A stretch of 64,000 nucleotides of DNA from a bacterium (GTDB taxonomy: Bacteria > Patescibacteriota > Minisyncoccia > Phycocordibacterales > JBBTRF01): the NCBI GenBank assembly GCA_037130265.1, contig JBAXTI010000001.1, positions 171,086-235,085 of the forward strand, in the 5' to 3' direction. Each line of letters starts with the position of its first letter. Within the stretch, counting starts at the first letter, position 1. The position numbers and the translations under genes were made by a program. Positions 9,232-19,100 of this stretch are shown in pieces. The notes beneath the pieces were generated by a model, which worked only from the letters and a program-made list of their open reading frames with translations, did no database searches and was not told where the DNA came from.

Positions 9232-9786
9232 ATGTACGACTTCCTGCATTCTTTTGATCTTTCCGTGTTTGGTTTTCTGCATGGATTGGCAGGTCAGAGT
9301 GGTTGGGTCGATGGAGTGATTGTTTTTCTGGGTGAGTATTTGGCATATGTTGCGGTACTCGCCATGCTTGTGGCGGCATTTCGTGCATATAGAGCCGGAA
9401 AGCTCAGTGAAGTGCTGGTGTATGCGACGGCTGCGGTCTCCGGTTTGTTGGCACGAGTGGTGGTCGCGGGCGGGATTCGATATTTCTATCATCGCCCGCG
9501 ACCATTTGCCGCTCTCAATCTTCCACATCTTCTTACTGAGACTTCGTATGCATTTCCATCTGGTCATGCTATCTTTTTCTTTGCATTGGCGGCTGGCGTA
9601 TTTGCCACAAACAAGCGCCTCGGCACCTGGCTGTATGTTGCTGCAATACTGATTGGCATTGGCCGTATCGCCGCGGGCGTGCACTATCCTTCTGACATCT
9701 TGGGCGGTGCAGTCCTCGGCATCTTCATTGGCTATGTTGGCGTCTGGGTGTATCGAACCTATTTGTCCTCTAAATTTGTCTCGTAA
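9232..9786 (+). CDS. PAP2 phosphatase (BcrC-like undecaprenyl-PP phosphatase)
   Basis: RPRPF, FPSGH, RIAAGVHYPSD motifs. Confidence 0.88.
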   Translation: MYDFLHSFDLSVFGFLHGLAGQSGWVDGVIVFLGEYLAYVAVLAMLVAAFRAYRAGKLSEVLVYATAAVSGLLARVVVAGGIRYFYHRPRPFAALNLPHLLTETSYAFPSGHAIFFFALAAGVFATNKRLGTWLYVAAILIGIGRIAAGVHYPSDILGGAVLGIFIGYVGVWVYRTYLSSKFVS

Positions 9787-9796
9787 ATTCTAAAAC

Positions 9797-10309
9797 ATGA
9801 AACCAATCAATATCACCGTGCATGATTTGATGCAAAAGTCGTATTCATACGAGCGCGTCGTGCCGATTGGCGAGGAATTTCATCCAGAATTTAAACCTGA
9901 ATTGACTCCGAAGCAGATGCTCGAGCTCGGTGTGTTTGGTGGAAAGTACATGACTGACTGTGCGGAGGAATTTCCGGCAGATTGGTTTGCAAACGCGAAG
10001 CTCAGTCGCTACAAACACGATCCGTCTCTGAATTATTTCGGTGTGAATGCGAGCCAGCCACTTTCGGTGTGGTTGCTGAAGGGGTGGGTGGACCGAAAGC
10101 ACGATCCGAGAGGTTGGTTTCAGTGGTATTGCCGATATTATATGGGGCGGCGGCTACCTGAGGAAGATGAGCGTCAGATACGCCGTTGGAAGGCCATGAC
10201 GAGGCATTTGGCGCAAATACGGGCCCATTGTCGACCCGGAGATGCTTCTTGTCGACCACGCCAGCGTCAGGCCTTGCTCCATTGGGCGTACGACACGAGA
10301 AAGATGTAG
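9797..10309 (+). CDS. Conserved hypothetical protein
   Basis: LGVFGGKY, DPRGWFQWYCRYYMGRR, RQALLHW motifs of a conserved uncharacterised family. Confidence 0.8.
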   Translation: MKPINITVHDLMQKSYSYERVVPIGEEFHPEFKPELTPKQMLELGVFGGKYMTDCAEEFPADWFANAKLSRYKHDPSLNYFGVNASQPLSVWLLKGWVDRKHDPRGWFQWYCRYYMGRRLPEEDERQIRRWKAMTRHLAQIRAHCRPGDASCRPRQRQALLHWAYDTRKM

Positions 10310-10373
10310 TGGCGGTGGTATAATAACGCCGTTATCGGCAGGTGCGGATTTTAATCAATTTCATCAATTTTTC

Positions 10374-10811
10374 ATGGAAATCAATCACTGGATCGTGTTG
10401 GGCTGCGCGGTGTTGTCGATGGTGGTGGGAGGTCTCTGGTACGGTCCGCTTTTTGGAAAGCAGTGGATGGCGCTCATGGGTGCGACCGAAGATTGCAAGA
10501 CCGACAAAAAGGCGATGTTGAAGAAAATGGCGCCCTTGTACGCAATTCAGTTTGTCCTCGCCATCTTCCAGCTCTACGTACTTGTGTATGTGGTGACGGC
10601 CGCTGAATACACCTTTACGACTTCGAGTGTGGCAACATCGTTGTGGGTCTGGGCGGCGTTTATTATGCCAACCACGGCTGGTGCAGTGATGTGGAGCAGC
10701 AACACAAACTCTGAGAAGTGGTCGAAGTTTCTCATTCAGGCGGGGTATCAATTTGTCCTCGCGGCACTCTTTGGCGTCATCTTTGGAATGTATTATCCAG
10801 TGATTGGCTAA
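10374..10811 (+). CDS. DUF1761 family membrane protein
   Basis: GGLWYGPLFGKQW motif; 4 TM; start taken at ATG 10374. Confidence 0.8.
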   Translation: MEINHWIVLGCAVLSMVVGGLWYGPLFGKQWMALMGATEDCKTDKKAMLKKMAPLYAIQFVLAIFQLYVLVYVVTAAEYTFTTSSVATSLWVWAAFIMPTTAGAVMWSSNTNSEKWSKFLIQAGYQFVLAALFGVIFGMYYPVIG

Positions 10812-11384
10812 TTGCGCAATCTTGTGGCAAAAAATTCAACAGTGATCTTTGGCGGGGGCTGCTTCTGGTGTACTGAGGCGGTTTTCAAGATGCTTAAAGG
10901 TGTCACTACGGTGCTTCCTGGCTACGCGGGCGGTACTGTGCAAAATCCGACATATTCGCAAATCTGCGACGGCAATACGGGCCATGCAGAGTGTGTGAAG
11001 ATCGAATATGATCCGGCGCAGGTCTCGTATCGTTCGTTGCTCACGGTCTTTTTCGGTAGTCACGATCCGACGACGCGCAATCGCCAGGGTGCCGATGTTG
11101 GAACCCAATATCGGTCGGTGATTTTCACGACGACGCCAGAACAGGCGGCTGAGGCAAAAGCATTCATTGCTGAAATCAATTCTTCGAGCAAAGAGGGGAA
11201 GGCCATTGTGACCGATGTCGAGCCACTCGCTGAGGCACCAAGCCCGTCGCAATTTTGGGTGGCGGAAAATTACCACCAGGATTACTTTGCACGCAATCCC
11301 GGCAATCCATATTGTGAACTCGTGATTAATCCAAAGCTCGAAAAAGTGACGGCACAATTCGCAGAGTTGCTGGCGGGGAAATAG
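10812..11384 (+). CDS. msrA: Peptide-methionine (S)-S-oxide reductase
   Basis: GGGCFWCTEA, GYAGG, GTQYRS, AENYHQDY. Confidence 0.95.
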   Translation: MRNLVAKNSTVIFGGGCFWCTEAVFKMLKGVTTVLPGYAGGTVQNPTYSQICDGNTGHAECVKIEYDPAQVSYRSLLTVFFGSHDPTTRNRQGADVGTQYRSVIFTTTPEQAAEAKAFIAEINSSSKEGKAIVTDVEPLAEAPSPSQFWVAENYHQDYFARNPGNPYCELVINPKLEKVTAQFAELLAGK

Positions 11385-11414
11385 CGGATAAAAGTTGGTA
11401 TACTTAATACATAT

Positions 11415-11831
11415 ATGAAAATAGACCCATTGAAGCCAAATATGCGAATGCCAAAAACCGAGTCTGAGTGGAAATCCAAGCTCACTCCTGAACAATACAA
11501 AGTGCTCCGCGAGAAGGGTACGGAAGCCCCCTTCAGTGGCAAGCTTTTACACGCCGACAAGGAGGGTGTGTATCGCTGCGCCGCTTGCGGCAACGCGCTG
11601 TATTCGTCGGAGGCAAAATTCGACTCTGGCACTGGCTGGCCAAGCTTCGATCAGGCGCTTCCAGGTGCGGTACGCGAAGTGTCCGACGACGCTCATGGTA
11701 TGCGTCGGGTGGAAACGGTGTGCGCCAATTGCGGTTCGCATCTCGGACATGTGTTCGATGACGGTCCGACTGCCACCGGCAAGCGCTACTGTATGAATTC
11801 GGTGTGTCTGGATTTGGAGGAGAAGAAGTAA
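11415..11831 (+). CDS. msrB: Peptide-methionine (R)-S-oxide reductase
   Basis: KFDSGTGWPSF, HLGHVFDDGP, RYCMNS. Confidence 0.95.
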   Translation: MKIDPLKPNMRMPKTESEWKSKLTPEQYKVLREKGTEAPFSGKLLHADKEGVYRCAACGNALYSSEAKFDSGTGWPSFDQALPGAVREVSDDAHGMRRVETVCANCGSHLGHVFDDGPTATGKRYCMNSVCLDLEEKK

Positions 11832-11871
11832 TCGCAAACGTTTTTTATTTACATTTTTAACCCATTCAAAC

Positions 11872-12105
11872 ATGAAAAACATTATCGTATACGTAAAGAC
11901 TGGCTGTCCTTGGTGCATCGGTGTGACGAATCTGCTCAAGGAAAAAGGGGTGAAGTACGGGGAGCGAAATGTCACAGAGAACAAGGCCTTTATGGACGAA
12001 ATGGTGCAGAAGAGCGGACAGAGCAAAGCGCCAACGCTCGATATTGACGGACATATCTTAGCGGACTCGGATAAGGATCAGGTCGCTGCGTATTTGGGGT
12101 TGTAG
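11872..12105 (+). CDS. Glutaredoxin-like protein
   Basis: CPWC active site, KSGQSKAP. Confidence 0.85.
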   Translation: MKNIIVYVKTGCPWCIGVTNLLKEKGVKYGERNVTENKAFMDEMVQKSGQSKAPTLDIDGHILADSDKDQVAAYLGL

Positions 12106-12131
12106 TTTATTTTCTTATTAACAGTAAGGAC

Positions 12132-13007
12132 GTGTTTAGAAATGAAACTCCACAGTTAAATGATGAGGCGTCTCTCGTTGAGAGGGCTAAGGCAAGTATA
12201 CTTTCTGATGCTCAGTATTCGGAAACCGATTTCGCAAAGTCTGAAAAAGAGCGGGTCTATAAATATGAAGTAATTGGAGGAGGGAAAAGTGTGCTCTACT
12301 TTGGTACCGATCATATTAGTGATCCACAAGACCCGCTTTTCGAAGAGATAGAGAGTGAGATTCGTGATTATGCTCCTGAAATGTTGATGGTTGAGGGGAT
12401 GGGGGCAATTAATTCTCGCAAGGAATCAATCAAGCCGAGGATCGCCTCACTGTCATACGAGGAGGCGAAAAAACAAGGTGAATCCACCCTTGTTCTAAAA
12501 TTGGCCGTTGAATTGGATGTCGACTTCGAGTCGCCTGAACCGGACTTGTCTGAGGAGGTTGCGTATGTGGAAAAAAGTGGTTTTTCTCGCGCAGACATTT
12601 TTTCGTACTACATTTACCGTATTGTTGAACAGTACCAACGTGAGAATAAAGATAGAAACCTCGAAGATTTTAAGAAGTACGTGAACCCTTTTTTAAAGGA
12701 ACTGTTAAACGAAAGTGCTTGGAGTGCAGATGAGTTTGCTGGATATGAAAATGCCTTCTTCGCTGAATTACGACTAGAGGATCACGAATGGTATTTTAAT
12801 CGAGTCCATCCACTTCCAGATGAAGGGGGAGGTTGGAAGTATGGTACTAATGCGGTTTCCAGCTGTTCTGGTAATTTTCGCGACCAGTATGCTCTGGAAA
12901 GAATTGCAGAGTCATTACAAAAGTATAACAAGGTGTTTGTTGCCTTTGGCTCTGCTCACGCTGTGAGACTGGAGCCCGCGCTGCGAGTACTTCTTGAGAA
13001 TAAATAG
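12132..13007 (+). CDS. Hypothetical protein, 291 aa
   Basis: Long acidic ORF filling the gap; GTDH and FGSAH motifs; family not recognised with confidence. Confidence 0.7.
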   Translation: MFRNETPQLNDEASLVERAKASILSDAQYSETDFAKSEKERVYKYEVIGGGKSVLYFGTDHISDPQDPLFEEIESEIRDYAPEMLMVEGMGAINSRKESIKPRIASLSYEEAKKQGESTLVLKLAVELDVDFESPEPDLSEEVAYVEKSGFSRADIFSYYIYRIVEQYQRENKDRNLEDFKKYVNPFLKELLNESAWSADEFAGYENAFFAELRLEDHEWYFNRVHPLPDEGGGWKYGTNAVSSCSGNFRDQYALERIAESLQKYNKVFVAFGSAHAVRLEPALRVLLENK

Positions 13008-13009
13008 TG

Positions 13010-14194
13010 CTACTTCGTATCCTCCAGTGCCAAGCTCCATCGCAGGCCGTAGAACATGAGAATGCCGAGTACGAGGAAGATGTAGCCGAAATCGAATCCA
13101 AAATGGGTGAGTGCGGCAAGAGTTGCGGTCGCAAGTAAAGGGCCGATAACATACGACCACGGACGCATGGTGCGGTAGAGGCTCATGAAATTGACACTTG
13201 ATCCATCGATTTTTTTGAAGAAATACGTTTCGCTGCCGATCTCCACCATCGCCGCCCCGATACGAGTGACGAACAAAATGCCAGTCCAGATCCAAAACTC
13301 TTTTTTCTCGATGAACGCAATCAGGCTTGTTGAGATCGCCATGATGATGAAGCCGATGCTGATGATCTCTTTCTCGCCCCAACGGGTATCGGCGAGTTTG
13401 CCGAGCGGTTCTTCGATGAGAACAAAGGGTATGAGCATGAGACTGAACATCACGCCGATTTCGGACCACGAAAAGCCAATGTGTTGGTGTAAGTAGAGGG
13501 GGGTGTAAATGACCATCCACGAGAAGAAAAGTTGCATGATGAAATTCACCATAAAACTGCCAAAGATGTTCTCGTCCTGCCAGACCTCGCGCACGGCCTC
13601 CTTCAAAGAGATTTCTTTGTACTGTGGGTCGCGGAAATGCCTCAAGTTGGTATTCAAAATGACCATCACTGGCAGGATCAAAAATGCCGCTGCGACGAAT
13701 ATCTGCCAATACTGACTATCGCTCAAAATGAAACCAGTCACGAGTGGCGCCACGATCCAGGCCGTATTGGCACTGGTGAGAAAAATGCCGCGCACTTTGC
13801 CGATGATGTTCTCAGACGAGTAATTCTCTAGGAAAGCGTCAATGGTGAAGTTGGTGATGGCGTTGGCGGTGAAGCTGGCGACGAAGGCGAGCAGGATCAA
13901 CCAAGTCGATTGAGCGTAAGCCATAGTCAAAAAACCGCCGAGTTGCAAGGTGAGCATGATTACCGTGGTGTGATAGTTGCCGAGCTTCTCGATGACTCGC
14001 GGGATGATAGCGAATACTGCAATGGTGGCAATCGCCGCCAGTGCGTATAGGAGTCCGACTTTTTGTTCACCAACGAACTTGCTCAGGAAGGTTGAGAAAA
14101 TGTATGCTGGCAGCACCGCTTGAAAGGTGAAAAGAAAACCAAGAATATACAATACGAATCGATGATGTGATCTGTCTTTCGCCGCATTTTCCAT
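13010..14194 (-). CDS. MFS transporter
   Basis: ~12 TM helices, GKLADTRWGEK loop motif. Confidence 0.88.
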   Translation of the reverse strand: MENAAKDRSHHRFVLYILGFLFTFQAVLPAYIFSTFLSKFVGEQKVGLLYALAAIATIAVFAIIPRVIEKLGNYHTTVIMLTLQLGGFLTMAYAQSTWLILLAFVASFTANAITNFTIDAFLENYSSENIIGKVRGIFLTSANTAWIVAPLVTGFILSDSQYWQIFVAAAFLILPVMVILNTNLRHFRDPQYKEISLKEAVREVWQDENIFGSFMVNFIMQLFFSWMVIYTPLYLHQHIGFSWSEIGVMFSLMLIPFVLIEEPLGKLADTRWGEKEIISIGFIIMAISTSLIAFIEKKEFWIWTGILFVTRIGAAMVEIGSETYFFKKIDGSSVNFMSLYRTMRPWSYVIGPLLATATLAALTHFGFDFGYIFLVLGILMFYGLRWSLALEDTK

Positions 14195-14250
14195 CGACCC
14201 ATTATATAACAACAACGGATTTCATCCTTGTTGTTTTGCTGTGCCCTTAC

Positions 14251-16263
14251 TTAAATTCCCAAAATAACAGGAATAACAATCGGCTTCTTGGCAGTCTCCT
14301 GGAACAAGTGTCGATTCACTGCATCGGTGACATTCGCCTTCACCACATCGAAGTTGATAGGGTTCTGGCCTCGGCATGAATCTTCGATGGTGTCCTTCAC
14401 GATAAATCGCGCATCGCGGAGCAGGTCTTGAGACTCACGCAAATACACGAATCCTCGAGAGATAATGTCTGGAGACTTCTTGAGCTTTCCGGTATTCGCA
14501 TCGACAATCGCGACGATCACGAACATACCGTCGTCTGCAAGCATCTGTCGATCACGAATGACTACTTCCTGCACATCACCCACAGCGAAACCATCCACCA
14601 TTACCATGCCTGAAGGCGCCTTCTCTTTGAGTCGGACAAAGGTCTGTCCCTTCTCCTGGATTTCGAGAATACTACCGTTGTCTGGAATGATGACGTGGTT
14701 TGAAGGCATTCCAAGCTGCATTGCCAATTCAGCGTGCAGTCGAAGCATGTAGTGGTGTCCGTGTTGCGGCATGAAGAAGCGAGGCTTGACCTTCTTGTGG
14801 AGCCACTCGATCTCGCCACGATTGCCGTGTCCAGTAGAGTGAATGTAAACATCTGAGGTTCGGTAGTGGATGATTTTTGCTCCCTGGCGTGCGAGATTGT
14901 CTTTCAGCTTCTGCACCGTCTTTTCGTTTCCAGGAATAATTGAAGACGAAAGTAGTACGGTGTCTCGCGGGGTGAGCTTGAGGTTCTTGTGTGCCTTGGT
15001 TGCCATTCGCATCAATGCCGCGAATTCTTCGCCCTGTGCACCGGTAGAGAGAATAATTACTCGGTCTGGTGGATATTGGTCGACATACTGAGAGTCGATG
15101 ATAGTGTCCTTCTTCACGGTCAACAAACCGGCCAGAACGGCGATCTCCACATTGGATTTCATGCTTCGTCCTTCGACGATGATCTTCTTGTTGTATTTCT
15201 CCGCGATCTGGATGATCTTAATCATGCGCTCGAGCTGAGAAGAGAAGGTGCCGATGATGAGGCGGCCGCGAATCTCCTTGATGATCTTGTCGAGGTTCTC
15301 GTGCACGACGCGCTCCGGGGTAGAAAAGCCGGGGTTTTCGATGTTTGTAGAGTCGGCCATTAGGAAGAGCGTCTTCTCTTTGTCGAACAACGCATATTCC
15401 TTCTCTTCCGCTTCGGTCGGCATGCCGTCGGTGTGGTCGAGCTTGTAGTCGCCTGGGGTGACGAGGTTGCCGTACGGTGTCTCGATGATGATACCCATCG
15501 AGTCTGGAATAGTGTGGGTCACGGCAAAGAAGCGAACCGCGAGGTCGTTGAATTTAATACGATCAGCTTTCTCGATGATCTTGATATCAAGCGGCGGCAT
15601 GTGAGGGAACTCACTGTGGCGCTTCTTGAGCATAATCGCTGTGAGGTTTCGAGTGTAGATTGGTGGGTTGCCAATTCGATCCATGATGAACGGAACACCT
15701 CCGATGTGGTCGAGGTGGCCGTGGGTGATGATGACTGCGCGGATCTTGTCTTTTCGATCCTCAAGATACTTGGTGTTCGGGAGAATATAGTCGATACCTG
15801 GAGTACTTTCTTCTTTGAATTGGAAACCGATATCAATCACGACAATGTCGCGGCCGAATTCGATCATCGTACAGTTCTTGCCAATTTCCTCCACACCACC
15901 CAATGGGATGATGCGAATGTTGTCGCCAATCGGTGGAATAATGTCATCTGGTCGCTTTGGTGCAATGCGAGGCTCGCCGCGGAACTTTCGGTCGCGGAGC
16001 GATGCCTTCGGCTTGCGCTTCACTGGTGGGTGGATGGGAAGCGGGGCACTTTGCGCGCCTGCACCACCATGTCCGCCTGATGAGCTGTGTCCACCACCTC
16101 GTGGGCCTGAAAGGCCGCCATGACCCCCCGAGCGAGGTCCGCGAGCGTGCTGGCTTCGTACGACAGGTACGTGGCTGCTGGTGTGGTATGAGCGCTTTTC
16201 GGTGGCTGCCGATGTTGGCACTGGTGCCGCGGCGTCTGCTGGTTTCGGTGTTTGGTCGTTCAT
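14251..16263 (-). CDS. rnj: Ribonuclease J with N-terminal low-complexity extension
   Basis: PLGGVEEIGKN, THGHLDHIGG, HTIPD, HSTGH; start taken at ATG 16263. Confidence 0.95.
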   Translation of the reverse strand: MNDQTPKPADAAAPVPTSAATEKRSYHTSSHVPVVRSQHARGPRSGGHGGLSGPRGGGHSSSGGHGGAGAQSAPLPIHPPVKRKPKASLRDRKFRGEPRIAPKRPDDIIPPIGDNIRIIPLGGVEEIGKNCTMIEFGRDIVVIDIGFQFKEESTPGIDYILPNTKYLEDRKDKIRAVIITHGHLDHIGGVPFIMDRIGNPPIYTRNLTAIMLKKRHSEFPHMPPLDIKIIEKADRIKFNDLAVRFFAVTHTIPDSMGIIIETPYGNLVTPGDYKLDHTDGMPTEAEEKEYALFDKEKTLFLMADSTNIENPGFSTPERVVHENLDKIIKEIRGRLIIGTFSSQLERMIKIIQIAEKYNKKIIVEGRSMKSNVEIAVLAGLLTVKKDTIIDSQYVDQYPPDRVIILSTGAQGEEFAALMRMATKAHKNLKLTPRDTVLLSSSIIPGNEKTVQKLKDNLARQGAKIIHYRTSDVYIHSTGHGNRGEIEWLHKKVKPRFFMPQHGHHYMLRLHAELAMQLGMPSNHVIIPDNGSILEIQEKGQTFVRLKEKAPSGMVMVDGFAVGDVQEVVIRDRQMLADDGMFVIVAIVDANTGKLKKSPDIISRGFVYLRESQDLLRDARFIVKDTIEDSCRGQNPINFDVVKANVTDAVNRHLFQETAKKPIVIPVILGI

Positions 16264-16315
16264 GGTGGTGTGGATTAGTTGTGGATAAGGTGGGTATTGC
16301 TTGTGGTTAAACTGT

Positions 16316-18070
16316 TCATTGCTTGTTGATAATCGAAGCTTTCTTTGTGAAAATACTGATCTTCCAGACTCGTTCGGTATTGATGAACCATCGTTCGATC
16401 TCCGAGAATCGCTCCGAAGGATCACTGGTCTTCGTGAGATTCACATTTTTCACCTTGTCGGGAAGGAGATAGAGGAACGAGGGGGAGTAGAGAAAGATGG
16501 CAGGCTGGTCTTTGGCGAGCTCCTGGGTAAATTGGACAATGAGCTTCGAACGCTTTGCAATGTCACTTTCGCTACGGGCCTGTTCGAGAAGTTTGTCGGC
16601 CTTGGTATTCGTATAAAGTGCGATGTTGACTCCTGGATCGTTGCGCTGCGATGAGTGCCAGAAGGCGTATAGGTCTAGGTTGCGTCCGACGGCTTCTCCA
16701 AACAAGACGCTTTCGTATCTGCGCGGACGGAGGACAGATTGTTTAAATTCGCCTTCCTCGATGGACTTGATCTCTACTTTTGCGCCAATCATCCCCCATT
16801 GCTTCTTGAGTAGCTGAGCGGTTTTGATAAGGTCTTCGGAGTTGGCGGTGGAAAGTGAAAAGGCGAGTGTCGATGTGGTTTTCTTCACAGTCTTCTGCAT
16901 CACGCCGTCGGAGCCCGGCTTCCAGCCGTTTTTTGCGAGGAGCTGCTTCGCTGCTTCGATGCGAGGAGAGGTCGAAGCTGTGGCTGTCGTCGAGGAGCCG
17001 ATCATGAAGTCTGAAGGGACGGGGCCGGTGAGAGAAGAGCCGTAGCCGTTGAGGACGACACGGATAATCTCATCTCGATCCACTGCCATCTCGAGAGCCG
17101 CTCGGACCTCTGTCTGGGTGAGGAGCGCGTTCTGATTTTGATTAAAAAAGACACCGAAAATGCGAGGAAGTGCGGACTGAAGGATAAAAGATCCCGTTTT
17201 TTTCACACTACCCGCTTTCTGTGGTGTGAGAGTGTTGAGTGCCTCGATCTCACCAATACCGTACCCCTCAATGGCGGCTTCTTCGGATGGATAGAATATG
17301 AAAGTAAGTTTTGAGATGAGCGGTCCGCCGAGAGCATATCCTTTGAATGGCACGAAAGAATAGCTTGTCGGCACGCCGAGATTGTTTTTGATCGCCGTGT
17401 CTATTTTGTACGGACCGGCGCCGATCGGCTGCGCATTGTACTGGCTGAAAGCAAATTGCTCAGGGTCGAGTACTTTCCAAAGATGTTTCGGTAGGACACC
17501 GAGAGTGGTGCTCTCGAGAAACGCCGCATACGGCTGCCTCAAGGTGAAGACAATCTGTTGTGGATTGAGTACGACGACGGTGACACCTTCCCAGTTTGCA
17601 CGCTTCGGACTCTTTACTGCAGGGTCAATCGCTTTTCGGATGGTGAATTCAATATCGTCAGCGGTCACTGGCTCGCCGTCGTGGAAGGTGACGTCGTCTC
17701 TCAGGGTAAAGGTATAGGTTTTTCCGTCATCAGAGACAGTGTAGCTTTTGGCCAATTCGGGAATCAGAGTACCGTCGGATTCGACTTTCATGAGGCCCGC
17801 GTAGACGAGAGAGACGATGTCTTTGTCCGCTTCTGAAATCGCAAAAAGAGGGTTGGCGAGGTGAGGAGTGCCGATCACACCCTCGGTGAGCTCGCCGCCA
17901 GCGGCCGGAACATCCACCATGAAAAGGTCGTTGGCTCTATAGAGGAGTACCAACGAGCTCACGGCAAAACATGTTGCAAACAGCCAAAACAGCACGTTCT
18001 CTAATGGAGAGAACGCCGAAACTGCCTCGTTCATTTGCTTGCTGAATGGAACCCGAAATGGTGTTTTCAA
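16316..18070 (-). CDS. Peptide ABC transporter substrate-binding protein (family 5, OppA/DppA-like)
   Basis: PELAKSY..DGKTYTFTLR..FHDGEPVTADD, PIGAGPY. Confidence 0.9.
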   Translation of the reverse strand: MKTPFRVPFSKQMNEAVSAFSPLENVLFWLFATCFAVSSLVLLYRANDLFMVDVPAAGGELTEGVIGTPHLANPLFAISEADKDIVSLVYAGLMKVESDGTLIPELAKSYTVSDDGKTYTFTLRDDVTFHDGEPVTADDIEFTIRKAIDPAVKSPKRANWEGVTVVVLNPQQIVFTLRQPYAAFLESTTLGVLPKHLWKVLDPEQFAFSQYNAQPIGAGPYKIDTAIKNNLGVPTSYSFVPFKGYALGGPLISKLTFIFYPSEEAAIEGYGIGEIEALNTLTPQKAGSVKKTGSFILQSALPRIFGVFFNQNQNALLTQTEVRAALEMAVDRDEIIRVVLNGYGSSLTGPVPSDFMIGSSTTATASTSPRIEAAKQLLAKNGWKPGSDGVMQKTVKKTTSTLAFSLSTANSEDLIKTAQLLKKQWGMIGAKVEIKSIEEGEFKQSVLRPRRYESVLFGEAVGRNLDLYAFWHSSQRNDPGVNIALYTNTKADKLLEQARSESDIAKRSKLIVQFTQELAKDQPAIFLYSPSFLYLLPDKVKNVNLTKTSDPSERFSEIERWFINTERVWKISIFTKKASIINKQ

Positions 18071-18124
18071 AAGGGTAAAGAGAAAGCTTACGCGACTCTT
18101 TGTACCGACTGCGAAGAGTGGGTA

Positions 18125-18355
18125 CTACTTGAGTGCGATAAGTGCTGATAAACCAAAGAGAATAGCTATGACAATCGTGCCATTAAACAAAAACTTCTCG
18201 AGACCACGTCGAGTGTGGAAAGAGGTGCCGAAGTTGTTGCTTTCACCGAAAGCGCCGCCAATGCCTGAACCGGTCTGCTGGAGCAGAATCGCCGCGATCA
18301 AAAGCACTGACAATACGATCTGAATGTATGGCAGGAGGGCCTTTAGCGTATCCAT
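18125..18355 (-). CDS. secG: Preprotein translocase subunit SecG
   Basis: ILLQQTGSGIGGAFG, RRGLEKFL; 2 TM. Confidence 0.92.
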   Translation of the reverse strand: MDTLKALLPYIQIVLSVLLIAAILLQQTGSGIGGAFGESNNFGTSFHTRRGLEKFLFNGTIVIAILFGLSALIALK

Positions 18356-18387
18356 TGAGGACTAGTATAGCAGATGAGTGGATTGGA

Positions 18388-18422
18388 GTCAAAAAAAGCG
18401 CCCAAACATTCGTTTGGGCGCT
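18388..18422 (-). terminator. Intrinsic terminator
   Basis: AGCGCCCAAAC/GTTTGGGCGCT hairpin with U7 on the minus strand. Confidence 0.7.
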
Positions 18423-18451
18423 CACTACAAGGCTTTTCGACACCTGCTGTC

Positions 18452-18985
18452 TCAGGGCCAGTCTATCGGCAGAAGTGGTTCTTCGGGTCGAACCATGTTT
18501 CTTTTGTCGATTATCACGATCGGGTGTTTGGGGTATTGAGAAAAGACCCCAGTCAGTATTTTCCGAATCTCGTCGGTATTATCATCCCGAATTCCTTCTC
18601 CGACGGTGTAGACGAGGCTAAATGCTCCTCTGTCGATGGATGCTACCAGTAGAGGAATTCCTAAGCGTGCATCATAAATGCTTTCTTCTGAACGGTATGC
18701 ATCTTGCAAACCGATCCGTATTTGATGTCCTCGGACGCATACGATTATCCGTGGAAAGATGACGCAGTTCCAAGGATTGCGGAATCGATATCGGTGCTCC
18801 TTGGGCACCTTGCGCAGTGCACGCTCCCAAAGTTGCTCAGCTCTCCTGTCTTCTTTTCTTGCGGCTGCATCGGCAAGCTGTTGCTGTTGGCGATTTTGTG
18901 ATGCGCGGATCACAACCGACACCAAGTAGGTTGAAATGAGGATTACCGCAACTACCACCATAGGAGGGGTATCTGAGATGTTCAT
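18452..18985 (-). CDS. Hypothetical membrane-anchored protein
   Basis: N-terminal TM then coiled segment; followed by a terminator. Confidence 0.6.
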   Translation of the reverse strand: MNISDTPPMVVVAVILISTYLVSVVIRASQNRQQQQLADAAARKEDRRAEQLWERALRKVPKEHRYRFRNPWNCVIFPRIIVCVRGHQIRIGLQDAYRSEESIYDARLGIPLLVASIDRGAFSLVYTVGEGIRDDNTDEIRKILTGVFSQYPKHPIVIIDKRNMVRPEEPLLPIDWP

Positions 18986-19100
18986 ATTTTCAATCGGGTA
19001 ACACTGTTGCTGTGTGAGCACATACTGTATGTGCCTGCTTTTTTCACACTACCACTGACCGGATTTGATATCAAGCGTCTTTGGGGTATAATAGTCAGCT

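Noticed and set aside
16264-16425. ORF-track N-terminal extension of rnj (also extended starts at 4760, 6686, 10242, 53789, 62937)
   Set aside because: Most overlap neighbouring genes, and better ATG starts lie downstream, usually just after a -10 element or upstream stop.
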